DNA of 64,000 nt, from NCBI GenBank assembly GCA_963840455.1, contig CAWIYV010000007.1, forward strand, positions 509,022 to 573,021, written 5' to 3'. Source of the stretch: Nitrospirota bacterium (GTDB lineage Bacteria > Nitrospirota > UBA9217). Shown one piece after another: positions 10,536 to 21,227 of the stretch; the stretch's first letter is position 1; every line of letters begins with the position of its first letter. A program made the translations under genes and the position numbers. The notes under the pieces were generated by a model. It ran no database searches, was not told the DNA's origin, and worked only from the letters and a program-made list of their open reading frames with translations.

Positions 10536-11787
10536 TGATCAGCCTATGTACCGCATCGATGGTTCGTACTGTGGCGCCGGAATTGGCCGCGATCACCTTG
10601 AATGCTTTCTCTCCCATAGTTGAGGAAAGTTGCTTGTCAGAGAGCAGGTTATCAAGTTTTATATAAAGTTCTTCCTTATCTTTGACCATGAGGCCGCCCC
10701 CGGCCTGGATCAAGGCTTCTGATATCTCTTTAAAGTTGAACATATAACGGCTGAAAATAACAGGTTTTTTCATCGCCGCAGGTTCAAGAAGATTATGTCC
10801 GCCGACCTTCACGAGGCTTCCGCCGACAAAAGCGATATCGCAGGCGCCGTAAAAGGCCCTGAGCTCACCGATGGTATCAAGAAGGACAACATCCCTGACC
10901 GGGCCCTTGAGGCGTGTCCTGCGCTGGCATTCATAGCCGGCACTGGTGATCAGGCCGCATACCTCGTCGAACCGCTCCGGATGGCGCGGTGCAATGATCA
11001 GGACGAGATCGGGATATTTCTTTCTGAGCCGGGAGAATATCTCGAGCAGGATGGCCTCTTCTCCCCGGTGCGTGCTCCCCGCCGTGATGACCCGTCGCCC
11101 GGCCGCAATAGCGACCGGACGCTGTTGTGCCGGGGAGATCTTCTGGTCGAACTTGAGGTTCCCCGTCACCATGACGCGGTCCGGAGGGGCCCCGATGTCC
11201 CTGATGCGCGCAGCATCCTCGTCGGACTGCATGCAGAAGAGCGTTACGCTCTTGAACACCTCGGTGAAGAAGCGCCTGAACCTGAGGTAATTACCGTACG
11301 ACCTCGGGGAGATCCTGCCATTGATCAGGGCCGAGGGTATCCCCTGCCGCTGGAGCTCCCGGAAGAAGTTCGGCCACAGCTCGGTCTCAGCGACCAGGAC
11401 GATTACTGGATTGATCTTCTGGATCACCCGGCGCACGATCCAGGGATAGTCGAAGGGAAAGTAGAATACCGCATCCGCCTCGGGGACGCGCTGCTTCGCC
11501 GTGAAGTTCCCCGTGACAGTCACCGTGGACAGGATGAGCTTCCGGCCGGGATATTTCTTCTTGAGCTCGCGGATGAGAGGATGCGCCGCCATGACCTCTC
11601 CCACGGACACAGCATGGACCCAGATGGGACGGGTGCCTCCGAGGACCTTCAAGACCCCTTTCCGCACCCTGCCGAGCTTCTGGGATATCCCTCCCCGGTA
11701 CTTGGGGACCGTAGCGAGCTTGAACAGAATGTAGGGCGACAGTATGATGGTGGCAAGAACGAGGATGAGGTTGTACAGGATATACAT
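10525..11787 (-). CDS. waaA: Kdo transferase
   Basis: WVHAVSVGE, ETELWPN, APRHPER, GGHNLLEPA. Confidence 0.96.
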   Translation of the reverse strand: MYILYNLILVLATIILSPYILFKLATVPKYRGGISQKLGRVRKGVLKVLGGTRPIWVHAVSVGEVMAAHPLIRELKKKYPGRKLILSTVTVTGNFTAKQRVPEADAVFYFPFDYPWIVRRVIQKINPVIVLVAETELWPNFFRELQRQGIPSALINGRISPRSYGNYLRFRRFFTEVFKSVTLFCMQSDEDAARIRDIGAPPDRVMVTGNLKFDQKISPAQQRPVAIAAGRRVITAGSTHRGEEAILLEIFSRLRKKYPDLVLIIAPRHPERFDEVCGLITSAGYECQRRTRLKGPVRDVVLLDTIGELRAFYGACDIAFVGGSLVKVGGHNLLEPAAMKKPVIFSRYMFNFKEISEALIQAGGGLMVKDKEELYIKLDNLLSDKQLSSTMGEKAFKVIAANSGATVRTIDAVHRLIIAQ

Positions 11788-11790
11788 GGT

Positions 11791-12453
11791 CTATTCACCT
11801 TTTACCGGGGCCGGCGGTCTGAAGATCGCGTCCGCCTTGGCCATGATCGCGTTCAGCGACGCTGTCAGCTCCTTCCGTTTGTTCTCGAGCTCTTCCTCGC
11901 CGGTCCCGTTCACGATGATCGGTCTGCCGTACAGGATGACGCATTCGGTAAAGGGCCAGGGCAACAGGTATTTGTCCCAGATCTTTTCGAGGACCCAGGA
12001 ACGCCGCGCGCTCACGACCACCGGCACGATGGGTTTATCGAGCTTTCCCGCGAGATAGGTCACCCCCTGTTTCACTTCGTAGATCGGTCCCCGCGGTCCG
12101 TCCACGGCAAGCGCGATGTTCTTGCCGTTCCGGAGAGCTTCCACGAGACCCAGAAGCGCCCGTTCTCCCTTGCGTTTGCTCGAACCGCGCACCACGCCGA
12201 ACCCGAAACGGGCGATGATGCCGGCCTGGATCTCTCCGTCGCGGCTTTCGCTTGCCGGGATGACAATGTTGGAATCCCGGTGTGTATGGAACAGGAGGAA
12301 CTGTCGCCCGTGCCAGAAGGCGTAGATGATATTCTTTCCCGCACTCTCCAGACCCCGGGGGATATCTTGGTCCACGAATCTGATCCGGAGCGTCTTGCTC
12401 CAGAGGGTGATCAGGAGCCAGCCGATGAACGATAGTATGCGCGCACGCTGCAT
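11791..12453 (-). CDS. DUF374 / lysophospholipid acyltransferase family (LpxJ-like)
   Basis: AFWHG, S.S.DGE, RGSS, DGPRGP, WD motifs; inside lipid A operon. Confidence 0.8.
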   Translation of the reverse strand: MQRARILSFIGWLLITLWSKTLRIRFVDQDIPRGLESAGKNIIYAFWHGRQFLLFHTHRDSNIVIPASESRDGEIQAGIIARFGFGVVRGSSKRKGERALLGLVEALRNGKNIALAVDGPRGPIYEVKQGVTYLAGKLDKPIVPVVVSARRSWVLEKIWDKYLLPWPFTECVILYGRPIIVNGTGEEELENKRKELTASLNAIMAKADAIFRPPAPVKGE

Positions 12454-14195
12454 CAGGTCCTTCCTGCCTGCTGTTCGTCCCTGAACTGCTGGTCATAGAG
12501 GTTCTTGTATTCCCCGCACAGCGCAAGAAGCTCCTCGTGTCTGCCCGCTTCCACGATCCTGCCGTCCTTCAGGACGATGATCCGGTCGGCGTTCATGATG
12601 GTGGAGAGACGATGGGCGATGACAAAGCTCGTCCTGCCCTGCATGAGCGTGTCGAGGGCGTTCTGGACCTCCCGTTCCGACTCGGTGTCGAGGGACGACG
12701 TTGCCTCGTCCAGGATGAGGATGGGCGCGTCCTTGAGCAGTGCCCGGGCGATCGCAATGCGCTGGCGCTGTCCGCCCGAGAGCTTCACCCCCGACTCTCC
12801 GATCACCGTATCGTATCCCTGGGGAAGCGAGCGGATAAAATCATCGGCATAGGCCGCTCTGGCCGCGCGGACGACATCATCGAACGACTTCTCCGCATGA
12901 CCATAGGCGATGTTGTTCCTGATCGTATCATTGAACAGGATCGTCTGCTGTGTCACGATCGCGGTGCAGGAGCGCAGGGATTCCAGGGTCGCGTTGCGGA
13001 TATCCGTGCCGTCGATCAGGATCGCGCCCCCCGTTACATCGTAGAACCGAGGCAGGAGGTTCACGAGCGTGGTCTTTCCTCCCCCGCTCCTGCCGACGAT
13101 GGCGATGGACTCTCCCGCCCTGACCGTGAGGTCGATGCCTTTGAGTACGGGGGTCTCCTCGTAGCGGAAGTTAATGCCTTTCAGCTCGATGGTCCTGAAA
13201 TCACGGGAGAGCCCGATCGCGCCTTCCTTGTTCCTGATCTCCGGCTCCGTATCGAGGACCTCGAATATGCGCTTTGCCGCAGCGATCCCGTCCTGCACGA
13301 CGTTGTTGATGCCGTTCAGGTCCTTGAGCGGCCGGTAGAAGAAGACAAGCGCGACGGTGAACGAAAAAAAGGCGCCCGGCGTCATGGTCTTGCTCAGGAT
13401 GATCGCATACAGGCCGTACAGGATGACGAATGCGGTACCGGTCATGGAGATGACCTCCATCACCGGATGAGAGAGCGCGCTCGTCTTGATGGACCGCATC
13501 AATGAATTGAAGAGACCTTTGTTGCGGCTGGCGAACCTCCTGCCCTCATACTGCTCCATACCGAAGGCCTTGACGATGCGGATCCCCGATATGGTCTCGT
13601 GCAGATGCGTCGTGAGCTCGCCGATCTGTTCCTGCATCTGCGTGCTCGTTTTCCGGAAGCGTCTGCTGAACTTGGAAAGCGCGAGGCCGGCGAAGGGCAG
13701 CACGACGAGGGAAAAGGCCGCCAGGCGCCAGTTCAGATAGAGGATATAGCACGTCAGGGCCAGCATGGTAAAGCCACCCTGCACCAGGCTGGACGGCACC
13801 CGGGTCAGGGCCCCCTGCACCAGGTTCACGTCATTGACGATCCGGGACATGATGACGCCCGTCGGTGTTCTGGTGAAATAGGAGAAGGACAGGTTCTGGA
13901 TGTGCGCGTAGAGCTGGTCGCGGATGTCGTTCACGACCTTCTGGCCCACATACCCCATGAAGTAGTCGCGCGCATACCAGGTGATCCCCTTCAGGATGCT
14001 GACGACGATAAGCGCCAGAGGCACCCAGCGCCCGAGCTCCCAGTCCATGCCGATGATGACCTTGTCGATCACCGGCTTGACGAGGTAGGTCTGTGCGGAG
14101 ATCATGGCGCTGGAGAGCAGCATGAAGACCGCTGCCCAGACCAGCCGCATGCGGTAGGGCTTCAAATAGATGAGGAGTCGCTTGTAGATTTCCAT
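12453..14195 (-). CDS. msbA: lipid A export ABC transporter
   Basis: TMD+NBD, GRSGGGKT, LSGGQRQR, DEATS; lies between lpxB and waaA. Confidence 0.92.
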   Translation of the reverse strand: MEIYKRLLIYLKPYRMRLVWAAVFMLLSSAMISAQTYLVKPVIDKVIIGMDWELGRWVPLALIVVSILKGITWYARDYFMGYVGQKVVNDIRDQLYAHIQNLSFSYFTRTPTGVIMSRIVNDVNLVQGALTRVPSSLVQGGFTMLALTCYILYLNWRLAAFSLVVLPFAGLALSKFSRRFRKTSTQMQEQIGELTTHLHETISGIRIVKAFGMEQYEGRRFASRNKGLFNSLMRSIKTSALSHPVMEVISMTGTAFVILYGLYAIILSKTMTPGAFFSFTVALVFFYRPLKDLNGINNVVQDGIAAAKRIFEVLDTEPEIRNKEGAIGLSRDFRTIELKGINFRYEETPVLKGIDLTVRAGESIAIVGRSGGGKTTLVNLLPRFYDVTGGAILIDGTDIRNATLESLRSCTAIVTQQTILFNDTIRNNIAYGHAEKSFDDVVRAARAAYADDFIRSLPQGYDTVIGESGVKLSGGQRQRIAIARALLKDAPILILDEATSSLDTESEREVQNALDTLMQGRTSFVIAHRLSTIMNADRIIVLKDGRIVEAGRHEELLALCGEYKNLYDQQFRDEQQAGRT

Positions 14196-14200
14196 ATCGA

Positions 14201-15340
14201 TTATGCCGCCTTGGCAAGCAGTTCGAGGACCACTGCGGCAGCGCGCCGGGATGCGCCGCCCTCGCCCAGCAGCGTTCGCACGCGCACAAGCTCTTCCGTC
14301 ATCGTGCGATGTTTTTCGGGATTGGCAAGGATCGCACCGATCTCCTCGGCGATCCGCTCCGGGGTCGCTTCATCCTGAAGGAGCTCCGGGACGACGGTCC
14401 TGCCTGCCACGATGTTCACCAGGCCGAAGTTCTTCACGCTCACAAGCAGCCTGCCAATCCAGTACGTAAGTCGGGACGCCCGGTAGACGATCACCATCGG
14501 GACCGCCATGAGACCCGTCTCGAGCGTAGCGGTTCCGGACGTAACCATCGCCGCGTCGGAGGCCCGCAGGACATCATAAACCTGACCGTCAACGATATGC
14601 ACCGGGACCCCGCTCGCATCCACGTATCCCGCGACAAGGCTGCGGTCGAGCGTTGGTGCGATCGGCAGGACGAACTGGACGTCCGGGAACCGCCGCTGCA
14701 GGACCTTCGCCGCTCCGAGCATATCCGGCAGTAAATAGGCGATCTCCTTCCTGCGGCTGCCCGGCAGGAGCGCGATCGTGCGCCGGTCCTGCGCGAGGCC
14801 CAGTTCTTTGCGAGCTTCGTCACGGGTATAAGGCGAATCCACCACGTCGGCAAGCGGATGTCCGACGAACCGGACGTCAACGCCGGTGGTACGGTAAAGT
14901 TCGACCTCGAAGGGAAAGACCACGAGGATGGCCTCGACAAGCTTCGCGATGGTCTTCACCCGTCCCTTGCGCCAGGCCCAGACCTGGGGGCTGATGTAAT
15001 AGAGCACCGGGATGCCGAGCTTTTTGGCCGCCTTACCGGTCAGGATATTGAAGTCCGGGAAATCGATCAGCACGAGCAGGTCGGGCCGTTCTTCCCGCAG
15101 GAACCGCTTCAACTTCGCGTAGACCCCGTAGATCGCGCCGATATGGGTCAGGACCTCAGTCGCGCCTACCACGGAGATCTCTGACGCATCGGCAAGCATG
15201 GTTACGCCGGCCTCGCGCATCCGCCGGCTGCCGACGCCGTAGACCTTCAGATGAGGTTCCTGCTCGTGGAGCGCCTTCACCAGATTGGAGCCGTGAAGGT
15301 CGCCCGATGCTTCACCGGCGATGATAAGGATCTTCTTCAT
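14201..15340 (-). CDS. lpxB: lipid-A-disaccharide synthase
   Basis: AGEASGDLHG, IDFPDFN, SPQVWAWR, LLPGSR, SGTATLE. Confidence 0.97.
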   Translation of the reverse strand: MKKILIIAGEASGDLHGSNLVKALHEQEPHLKVYGVGSRRMREAGVTMLADASEISVVGATEVLTHIGAIYGVYAKLKRFLREERPDLLVLIDFPDFNILTGKAAKKLGIPVLYYISPQVWAWRKGRVKTIAKLVEAILVVFPFEVELYRTTGVDVRFVGHPLADVVDSPYTRDEARKELGLAQDRRTIALLPGSRRKEIAYLLPDMLGAAKVLQRRFPDVQFVLPIAPTLDRSLVAGYVDASGVPVHIVDGQVYDVLRASDAAMVTSGTATLETGLMAVPMVIVYRASRLTYWIGRLLVSVKNFGLVNIVAGRTVVPELLQDEATPERIAEEIGAILANPEKHRTMTEELVRVRTLLGEGGASRRAAAVVLELLAKAA

Positions 15341-15358
15341 GCTTCTCGTACGTGCGGC

Positions 15359-16456
15359 CTAGAGCGCTTTTTTTACCGCTTCAGCGACCGTCCTGATCTG
15401 CTCTTCGGTCAGCTCCGGGTACATGGGGAGCGACAACACTTCCTGCGCGGCTTGCTCCGACACAGGCAGGCTGCCGGCCTTCATACCGAGGTCCTTATAT
15501 GCGGCCTGGAGGTGCAACGGCACCGGATAATAGATCATGGACGACATCTTCGCGTCGTCGAGCCGTTTTTTTACGGCATCTCGGTCCTTGACCCGTATCG
15601 TGTACTGGTGATACACGTGCTTGCTGTCCCCGCTTTCAACGGGGGTCTGGATCCCCGCTACGGCCAGGTACTTGTTGTACAGGGCGGCGTTCTTCCTGCG
15701 GTTCGCATTATAGGTGTCGATGCGTTTGAACTTGACGTTCAGGATGGCTGCCTGGACCTCGTCGAGCCTGCTGTTGTACCCGATCTCGTCGTGGTAATAG
15801 CGCACCTTGCTTCCGTGGTTCCTGAGGCTGTGCAGGCGCTCGGCGAACTTCGGGTCGTCCGTGATGACCATGCCGCCGTCGCCGTAGCAGCCCAGGTTCT
15901 TGCTCGGGAAGAAGCTGAAGCAGCCGAGATCGCCGAAAGCTCCCGTCTTCCTCCCCCGGTATTCAGCGCCGAAGGACTGCGCGCAGTCCTCGATGACTTT
16001 GAGCTTGTGCCGACCGGCGATCGCCATGAGCGCGTCCATGTCCGACGACTGGCCATAGAGGTGCACCGGCAGGACCGCTTTCGTCCGTTTCGTGATCCGC
16101 GACTCGATCTGCGACACGTCCATGTTGAACGTATCGGGCAGGATGTCCACGAACACCGGGACCGCGCCACAATACGAGATCGCCTCGGCCGTCGCGATGA
16201 ACGTGAAGGGCGTGGTGATGACCTCGTCTCCCGGGCCGATGTCCGCGGCGCGGAGCGCGAGATGCAGGGCATCGGTGCCTGAGGCAACGCCGACGGCGAA
16301 CTTCACGCCATGGTAGGCGGCAATGCCCTGTTCGAGGGCCTTTCCCTGGGGGCCGAGGATGAACGCAGTGCTCTGGATGACGCCCAGGACCGCGTTATTG
16401 ATCTCGTCCTTCATCAATTCATACTGGATCTTCAAGTCAACCATGGGAACTGACAT
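15359..16456 (-). CDS. gnnB: DegT/DnrJ/EryC1/StrS aminotransferase, probable GnnB
   Basis: SGTDALHL, EDCAQ, SFFPSKNLG; follows a Gfo/Idh/MocA gene between lpxA and lpxB. Confidence 0.8.
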   Translation of the reverse strand: MSVPMVDLKIQYELMKDEINNAVLGVIQSTAFILGPQGKALEQGIAAYHGVKFAVGVASGTDALHLALRAADIGPGDEVITTPFTFIATAEAISYCGAVPVFVDILPDTFNMDVSQIESRITKRTKAVLPVHLYGQSSDMDALMAIAGRHKLKVIEDCAQSFGAEYRGRKTGAFGDLGCFSFFPSKNLGCYGDGGMVITDDPKFAERLHSLRNHGSKVRYYHDEIGYNSRLDEVQAAILNVKFKRIDTYNANRRKNAALYNKYLAVAGIQTPVESGDSKHVYHQYTIRVKDRDAVKKRLDDAKMSSMIYYPVPLHLQAAYKDLGMKAGSLPVSEQAAQEVLSLPMYPELTEEQIRTVAEAVKKAL

Positions 16457-16478
16457 GCGGTGGTGCTCCTCTCTTCCG

Positions 16479-17429
16479 TTATGAGAACGGCACGAAATCG
16501 GTCGTGCCTTGTTCGATGCAGTGGGTGATCAGCCGGGCAAGCGCCAGGGCGTTCCTGCCCTCGGTCCCGCTGACCTGCGGCCGCTTCCCGCTCTCGATGC
16601 TGGCGATGAACGATCGGATCTCATCGAGGAGCGTGTCACGCCGCTCTGTCGGAAGTTCGATCGTGACGAGGTCGGGCACGGTCGCGGTTCCGCGGCGGGA
16701 GACGAAGGCTTTCTGCGTCTGGTAGTCCGCGGTATAGAGCGTATCGCCGTCGAAGATCCTGATGACCCGCTTTTTCTCGTCCGAGATCCTGCTCGCGACA
16801 ACGTCGGCGATGCAGCCGTTCTTGAAGACGATCCGGGCGATGACCGAGTCGATCTCGCGGGTGATGACCGACGCGCCCATGGCGCTCACCTTGTCGGGTT
16901 TCGATCCCGCGACATCGGCCACAATGTCCAGGTCATGGATCATGAGGTCCAGAACAACGTTCACATCGGTGCACCGCACCGTGAACGGAGCACTGCGTTC
17001 CGCCTGCACATAACGCGGTGCCGTCAGAAGCGGCTTGATCGCGGTTATGGCCGGATTAAATCGTTCTATGTGCCCGACCTGGAGGATGACCCGCTTCCTT
17101 TCCGCAAGGCTGATGAGCTCGTCAGCCTGCTCCAGCGTCACGGTGACCGGCTTCTCGAGCAGGACATGGACGCCTGCTTCGAGGAACTGCTTTGCCACCC
17201 GGTGATGCAGGACCGTTGGCACGACGATGCTGACGGCGTCCACGCTCCCCAGAAGCCGGGCAGGCTCGTCGAAGGCCCGTGTGTTCAGCTTGTCCGCGAT
17301 TTGACCGGCCCGGGCCCCGTCCTGATCCGCGACACCCACCAGCTCGACGTTCGGGAGGCCCGCGTACTTTTCTGCGTGGAACTGGCCGAGGTATCCGACC
17401 CCGATGACCCCTGTGCGTATCTTGTTCAT
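16479..17429 (-). CDS. gnnA: Gfo/Idh/MocA oxidoreductase, probable GnnA
   Basis: GVGYLG.FH, EKP, GHIERFNP, DLMIHDLD; lpx operon context. Confidence 0.8.
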   Translation of the reverse strand: MNKIRTGVIGVGYLGQFHAEKYAGLPNVELVGVADQDGARAGQIADKLNTRAFDEPARLLGSVDAVSIVVPTVLHHRVAKQFLEAGVHVLLEKPVTVTLEQADELISLAERKRVILQVGHIERFNPAITAIKPLLTAPRYVQAERSAPFTVRCTDVNVVLDLMIHDLDIVADVAGSKPDKVSAMGASVITREIDSVIARIVFKNGCIADVVASRISDEKKRVIRIFDGDTLYTADYQTQKAFVSRRGTATVPDLVTIELPTERRDTLLDEIRSFIASIESGKRPQVSGTEGRNALALARLITHCIEQGTTDFVPFS

Positions 17430-17447
17430 TCTGAAATCAACCTTGTC

Positions 17448-18272
17448 CTATGTTGGGATCGTTCCGTTCGCGTCAAGAGCGACGATTGCAATGCCCGCCT
17501 GGTCTGCCAGCGCAATAAGCGCTTCCTTCTGGATCATGATGGTCTTTCCCGCCTCGATCGCAAGGCAGGCGGCTTTGACCTCCTGCATGGCGGAGATCGT
17601 CAGGAGGCCGGTGGCCGGCAGGTCGAACCGCAGGTCCTGCTGGGGCTTGCAGATCTTCACGACCACGGCCCCCTCTTTGCATAACCTTCCGCCGCGGCGG
17701 ATCGCCTCATCCGTGCCCTCGATGGCCTCGACCGCCAGGATGGCGAGGTCCTTCACCACCACGGTCTGGCCGATATCGAGACGTCCGATCTCCTTTGCCA
17801 GCTGCCATCCGAACGCGATGTCCTTCCATTCGTTCTTGGACGGCTTTCGCCGGGTCAGGACACCGGCAGGCGCAAGGAGGTTGTCAAGGTAGAGCGTCGA
17901 TTCACGGACCGTGATGCCTTCGGACTCCAGCTCTTCGGCCACGGTGCGCAGGATAGAGTCGTCCTTTTTGGTTATCATCCGTGCCAGGACCGCTGCGCCC
18001 CGGAGGTCCGGCAGGGACCCGCTGAAGAAGCGCGTCTTCTTGATGCCGCCCGCCATGAGCACGTCATGGACGTCCTGGTCCTTGAAGAACTTGATGATCT
18101 TGCCGAGATGGCCTACCTTGACCCAGCAGATGGCATCACACCACTGCGCGAGCTCCGGAAGAGTTTCTCCCTCGTGCGCGGCAGCAAAGACCTTGAGGCC
18201 TTTCTGCTTGGCCGCCTTGGCGAACTCGATGGGGAAATCGCCATTCCCGGCAATGATCCCTATTTTTTGCAT
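17448..18272 (-). CDS. lpxI: UDP-2,3-diacylglucosamine pyrophosphatase (DUF1009)
   Basis: GIIAGNG, DIGQTVVV, AVEAIEGTD, KPQQDLRFDLP. Confidence 0.93.
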   Translation of the reverse strand: MQKIGIIAGNGDFPIEFAKAAKQKGLKVFAAAHEGETLPELAQWCDAICWVKVGHLGKIIKFFKDQDVHDVLMAGGIKKTRFFSGSLPDLRGAAVLARMITKKDDSILRTVAEELESEGITVRESTLYLDNLLAPAGVLTRRKPSKNEWKDIAFGWQLAKEIGRLDIGQTVVVKDLAILAVEAIEGTDEAIRRGGRLCKEGAVVVKICKPQQDLRFDLPATGLLTISAMQEVKAACLAIEAGKTIMIQKEALIALADQAGIAIVALDANGTIPT

Positions 18273-18324
18273 GGCAGCTTCATCCTGTTCTGCCGTCCGC
18301 GTTCCGACGGGGGATCGCTGTTTC

Positions 18325-19098
18325 TCACCTCGTCACTCCCCGCTTGGAGCTCTTCATGAACTTTACGAGGTGCATAGCTTCCCGCGAACCGCCGAACTCG
18401 CTCTCGACCCTCCGGAAGGATTCCTCCTGGGTGAGGCCTGAGCGGAAGATGATCTTGTACACCTTTTTCAGAGTGTTGATCGCATCCTCGCCGAAGCCGC
18501 GGCGCTTCAGACCGACCAGGTTCAGTCCGTAGAGCTGGGCTCGCGCTCCCGATGCGCTCACATAAGGCGGGATGTCCATGGGCACGCCGGACATGCCTCC
18601 TACGATGGAGTAAGCACCGATCCGAACGAACTGATGGACCGCCACGATGCCGCCCAGGATGGCATAGTCTTCGATGACGATATGGCCGCCCAGCGCCACG
18701 GAATTCGCCATGATGATGTGGTTCCCCAGCTTGCTGTCATGAGCAACGTGGGAATAGGCCATCAGGAAGTTGCCGTTCCCGATCTCTGTTTTCCGGTCCT
18801 CTTTGGTCGTGGCCCGGTGGATGGTGGCACATTCGCGGATCACGTTGTCGTTGCCGATGATGAGATAGGTCTCTTCGTTCTTGTACCCGATGTCCTGGGG
18901 AGGCGTGCCGACGCTCGAGAAGGACAGGATCTGGTTCCGCTCGCCGATGGTGGTCCAGCCTTCGATGAGCACGTGCGAGGAGATCCGGGTGCCCTTCCCG
19001 ATCGAGACATGCTCTCCGATCACCGTGTACGGGCCGATCTCTACGTCGTCGGCGATGCGGGCCCTTGGATGAATTATTGCCGTCGGATGGATGTTCAC
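18325..19098 (-). CDS. lpxA: UDP-GlcNAc acyltransferase
   Basis: IHPTAII, hexapeptide repeats, PQD, HVAHD, VHQF; likely GTG start at 19098 after GAGGAG. Confidence 0.96.
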   Translation of the reverse strand: MNIHPTAIIHPRARIADDVEIGPYTVIGEHVSIGKGTRISSHVLIEGWTTIGERNQILSFSSVGTPPQDIGYKNEETYLIIGNDNVIRECATIHRATTKEDRKTEIGNGNFLMAYSHVAHDSKLGNHIIMANSVALGGHIVIEDYAILGGIVAVHQFVRIGAYSIVGGMSGVPMDIPPYVSASGARAQLYGLNLVGLKRRGFGEDAINTLKKVYKIIFRSGLTQEESFRRVESEFGGSREAMHLVKFMKSSKRGVTR

Positions 19099-19108
19099 GA
19101 ATATCTCC

Positions 19109-19561
19109 TCACGGTGTCTGTTTCGCACGGTCAACGATCATCGCCATCATTTCCGCCTCGGTCGTAACAGTGCCGTCAACGATGGCCTGGCCCTTGAAGC
19201 TCATGCTGTTCGAACGCATGCGCAGGACCTCCATCTCGAACCGTATCTGGTCGCCGGGGACGACCGGCTTGCGGAATTTTACCTTGTCGATGGTCATGAA
19301 GAAAATGACCTTGTTTTTGACCTGGTCGGGCGGAACCGTTTTGAGCGCCATTACGCCACATACCTGCGCCATGGCCTCGAGGATCAGGACACCTGGCATG
19401 ATCGGCATTCCGGGGAAATGTCCCTGAAAGAATGGTTCATTGATGGTGACATTCTTGATCCCGACGATCCGCTTTCCCATCTCCATCTCGACGATCTTGT
19501 CGACGAGAAGGAACGGATACCGGTGCGGAAGCGTGTTCATGATTTCCTGGATATCGATCAT
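19109..19561 (-). CDS. fabZ: 3-hydroxyacyl-ACP dehydratase
   Basis: [29 protein letters not shown]. Confidence 0.97.
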   Translation of the reverse strand: MIDIQEIMNTLPHRYPFLLVDKIVEMEMGKRIVGIKNVTINEPFFQGHFPGMPIMPGVLILEAMAQVCGVMALKTVPPDQVKNKVIFFMTIDKVKFRKPVVPGDQIRFEMEVLRMRSNSMSFKGQAIVDGTVTTEAEMMAMIVDRAKQTP

Positions 19562-19592
19562 GCTGCATCTCCCTTGATAAAATAGGATTGTC

Positions 19593-20612
19593 TCAGGTTT
19601 TCTTTTCCAGTTCCTCGATACGGCGCAAGAGCTGGGTTACCAGCTTCTTAAGCTCCGGCAGCTTCGGGAACACGGTCTGCGCTTTGAGCCACTCGCGCAG
19701 CGGGATCGCGGGATATCCTGCGATGACCTGTCCCGCCTCCGTGTTCCTGGTCACTCCCGCCCCTCCGGCGATCGTGACCCGGTCACCCACGGTCGTGTGG
19801 TCGGAAATCCCGGCCTGACCGCCGATGACCACGTACTTGCCGAGGGTGCTGCTTCCGGCGATGCCGATCTGTCCGGCCAGCAGGCAATGTTCTCCGATCG
19901 TGACGTTATGGGCAACGTGGACCATGTTGTCCAGTTTCGTCCCCTGCTTGATGCGTGTCATGCCCAGCGCGGCCCGGTCAATGGCGCAATTCGCGCCGAT
20001 CTCAACATCGTCCTCGATAATGACGCCGCCGATCTGCGGGATCTTGTGATGACGGCCGCCTTCGGACACGAACCCGAACCCGTCGCTGCCGATCACCGTG
20101 CCGGAATGAATGATCACACGGCTGCCGATGGTCACGCCTTCGCGGATGCTCACGTTGGGATAGATGACCGTGTCGTCACCGATACAGGACCCGGCCCCCA
20201 CGAAAACGCCTGGATAGAGCGTGACCCTGCTGCCGATCTTCGCCCCGTCGGAGACCACGGCAAAGGCGTGGATGGTCGGTCCGGCGCCCAGGACCACGTC
20301 CTTGCCGATAACGGCGCGTTCGCTGATGCCTCCCGGAGCATACGGTCTCTCATGGAAAATCCGCAGCATCTGAGCGAAGGCGTACCGGGGATTCTTTACG
20401 GCGATCGACGGGATCGGAAGCTTCGGGGCGCCACGGGGAACGATCACCGCGGAGGCGCGGCACGCAACAAGGTCCTGAAGGCGTTTTTCATCAGTGACGA
20501 ACGTGATATCGCCGTCCTGAGCCTCGCCGATGCCAGCCACTCCGCGGATATCGATATCCCCGCGGCCGGTAAGTTCGCCGGCGACCTTCTCTGCCAGTTC
20601 AGTGAGCCTCAT
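19593..20612 (-). CDS. lpxD: UDP-3-O-acyl-glucosamine N-acyltransferase
   Basis: GSDGFGF, KIPQIG, EIGAN, KLDN.VHVAHNV. Confidence 0.97.
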   Translation of the reverse strand: MRLTELAEKVAGELTGRGDIDIRGVAGIGEAQDGDITFVTDEKRLQDLVACRASAVIVPRGAPKLPIPSIAVKNPRYAFAQMLRIFHERPYAPGGISERAVIGKDVVLGAGPTIHAFAVVSDGAKIGSRVTLYPGVFVGAGSCIGDDTVIYPNVSIREGVTIGSRVIIHSGTVIGSDGFGFVSEGGRHHKIPQIGGVIIEDDVEIGANCAIDRAALGMTRIKQGTKLDNMVHVAHNVTIGEHCLLAGQIGIAGSSTLGKYVVIGGQAGISDHTTVGDRVTIAGGAGVTRNTEAGQVIAGYPAIPLREWLKAQTVFPKLPELKKLVTQLLRRIEELEKKT

Positions 20613-20627
20613 GCGAAGTTCCTGCCG

Positions 20628-21173
20628 TTATTTCTTCGTATCGGACTTCTTGTCCAGTTCGACTATGACCTTTTCCGTCAGGTCCATATCTTCATCACCG
20701 TAGAGGACCGAGGGGACCTCGCCCTTGGACATGACGTTGATGGTCCGGTTCAGGACCAGGCCGATCTTGTCTTTTTTCGCCATGTCCTTGATGACAGCCG
20801 TCATTTCCTGGTTGAACTCGGCGGAGAGCTCCTCGTTCTTCTTGGCAAGCTCGTTGTTGAATTCACTCCGCTTCTTTTCGAACTCACTGATCTTCCTGCC
20901 GATGGTGTCCTCTTTTTCCTTGCGCACCTCCGGCTTCAGGACGGCGGACTGTTTTCCGTAGTCATCGCGCAATTTCTGTATCTCATCAGCATCGAGGTCG
21001 AGGATCTTTTTCCTGCTGTCGAAATACTCCTTGAGGATCCCCTGGTATTTCTTGCCGAGCTTGGTCTTGTCAAAGACCGTTTGCGTGTCCACGAATGCGA
21101 TCTTCCCGCCGGCGGCAAAAGCAGATGATGCAGCGATCAACGATACAACGATAAGCACCAGAACCTTTTTCAT
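20628..21173 (-). CDS. skp: OmpH/Skp periplasmic chaperone
   Basis: Signal peptide, KIAFVD, coiled coil, DLTEKVI; between bamA and lpxD. Confidence 0.9.
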   Translation of the reverse strand: MKKVLVLIVVSLIAASSAFAAGGKIAFVDTQTVFDKTKLGKKYQGILKEYFDSRKKILDLDADEIQKLRDDYGKQSAVLKPEVRKEKEDTIGRKISEFEKKRSEFNNELAKKNEELSAEFNQEMTAVIKDMAKKDKIGLVLNRTINVMSKGEVPSVLYGDEDMDLTEKVIVELDKKSDTKK

Positions 21174-21227
21174 GACAACCTCCTTCGTAATAGACAGATT
21201 GAGATTTTTTCACAGCCAGCCCGGACA

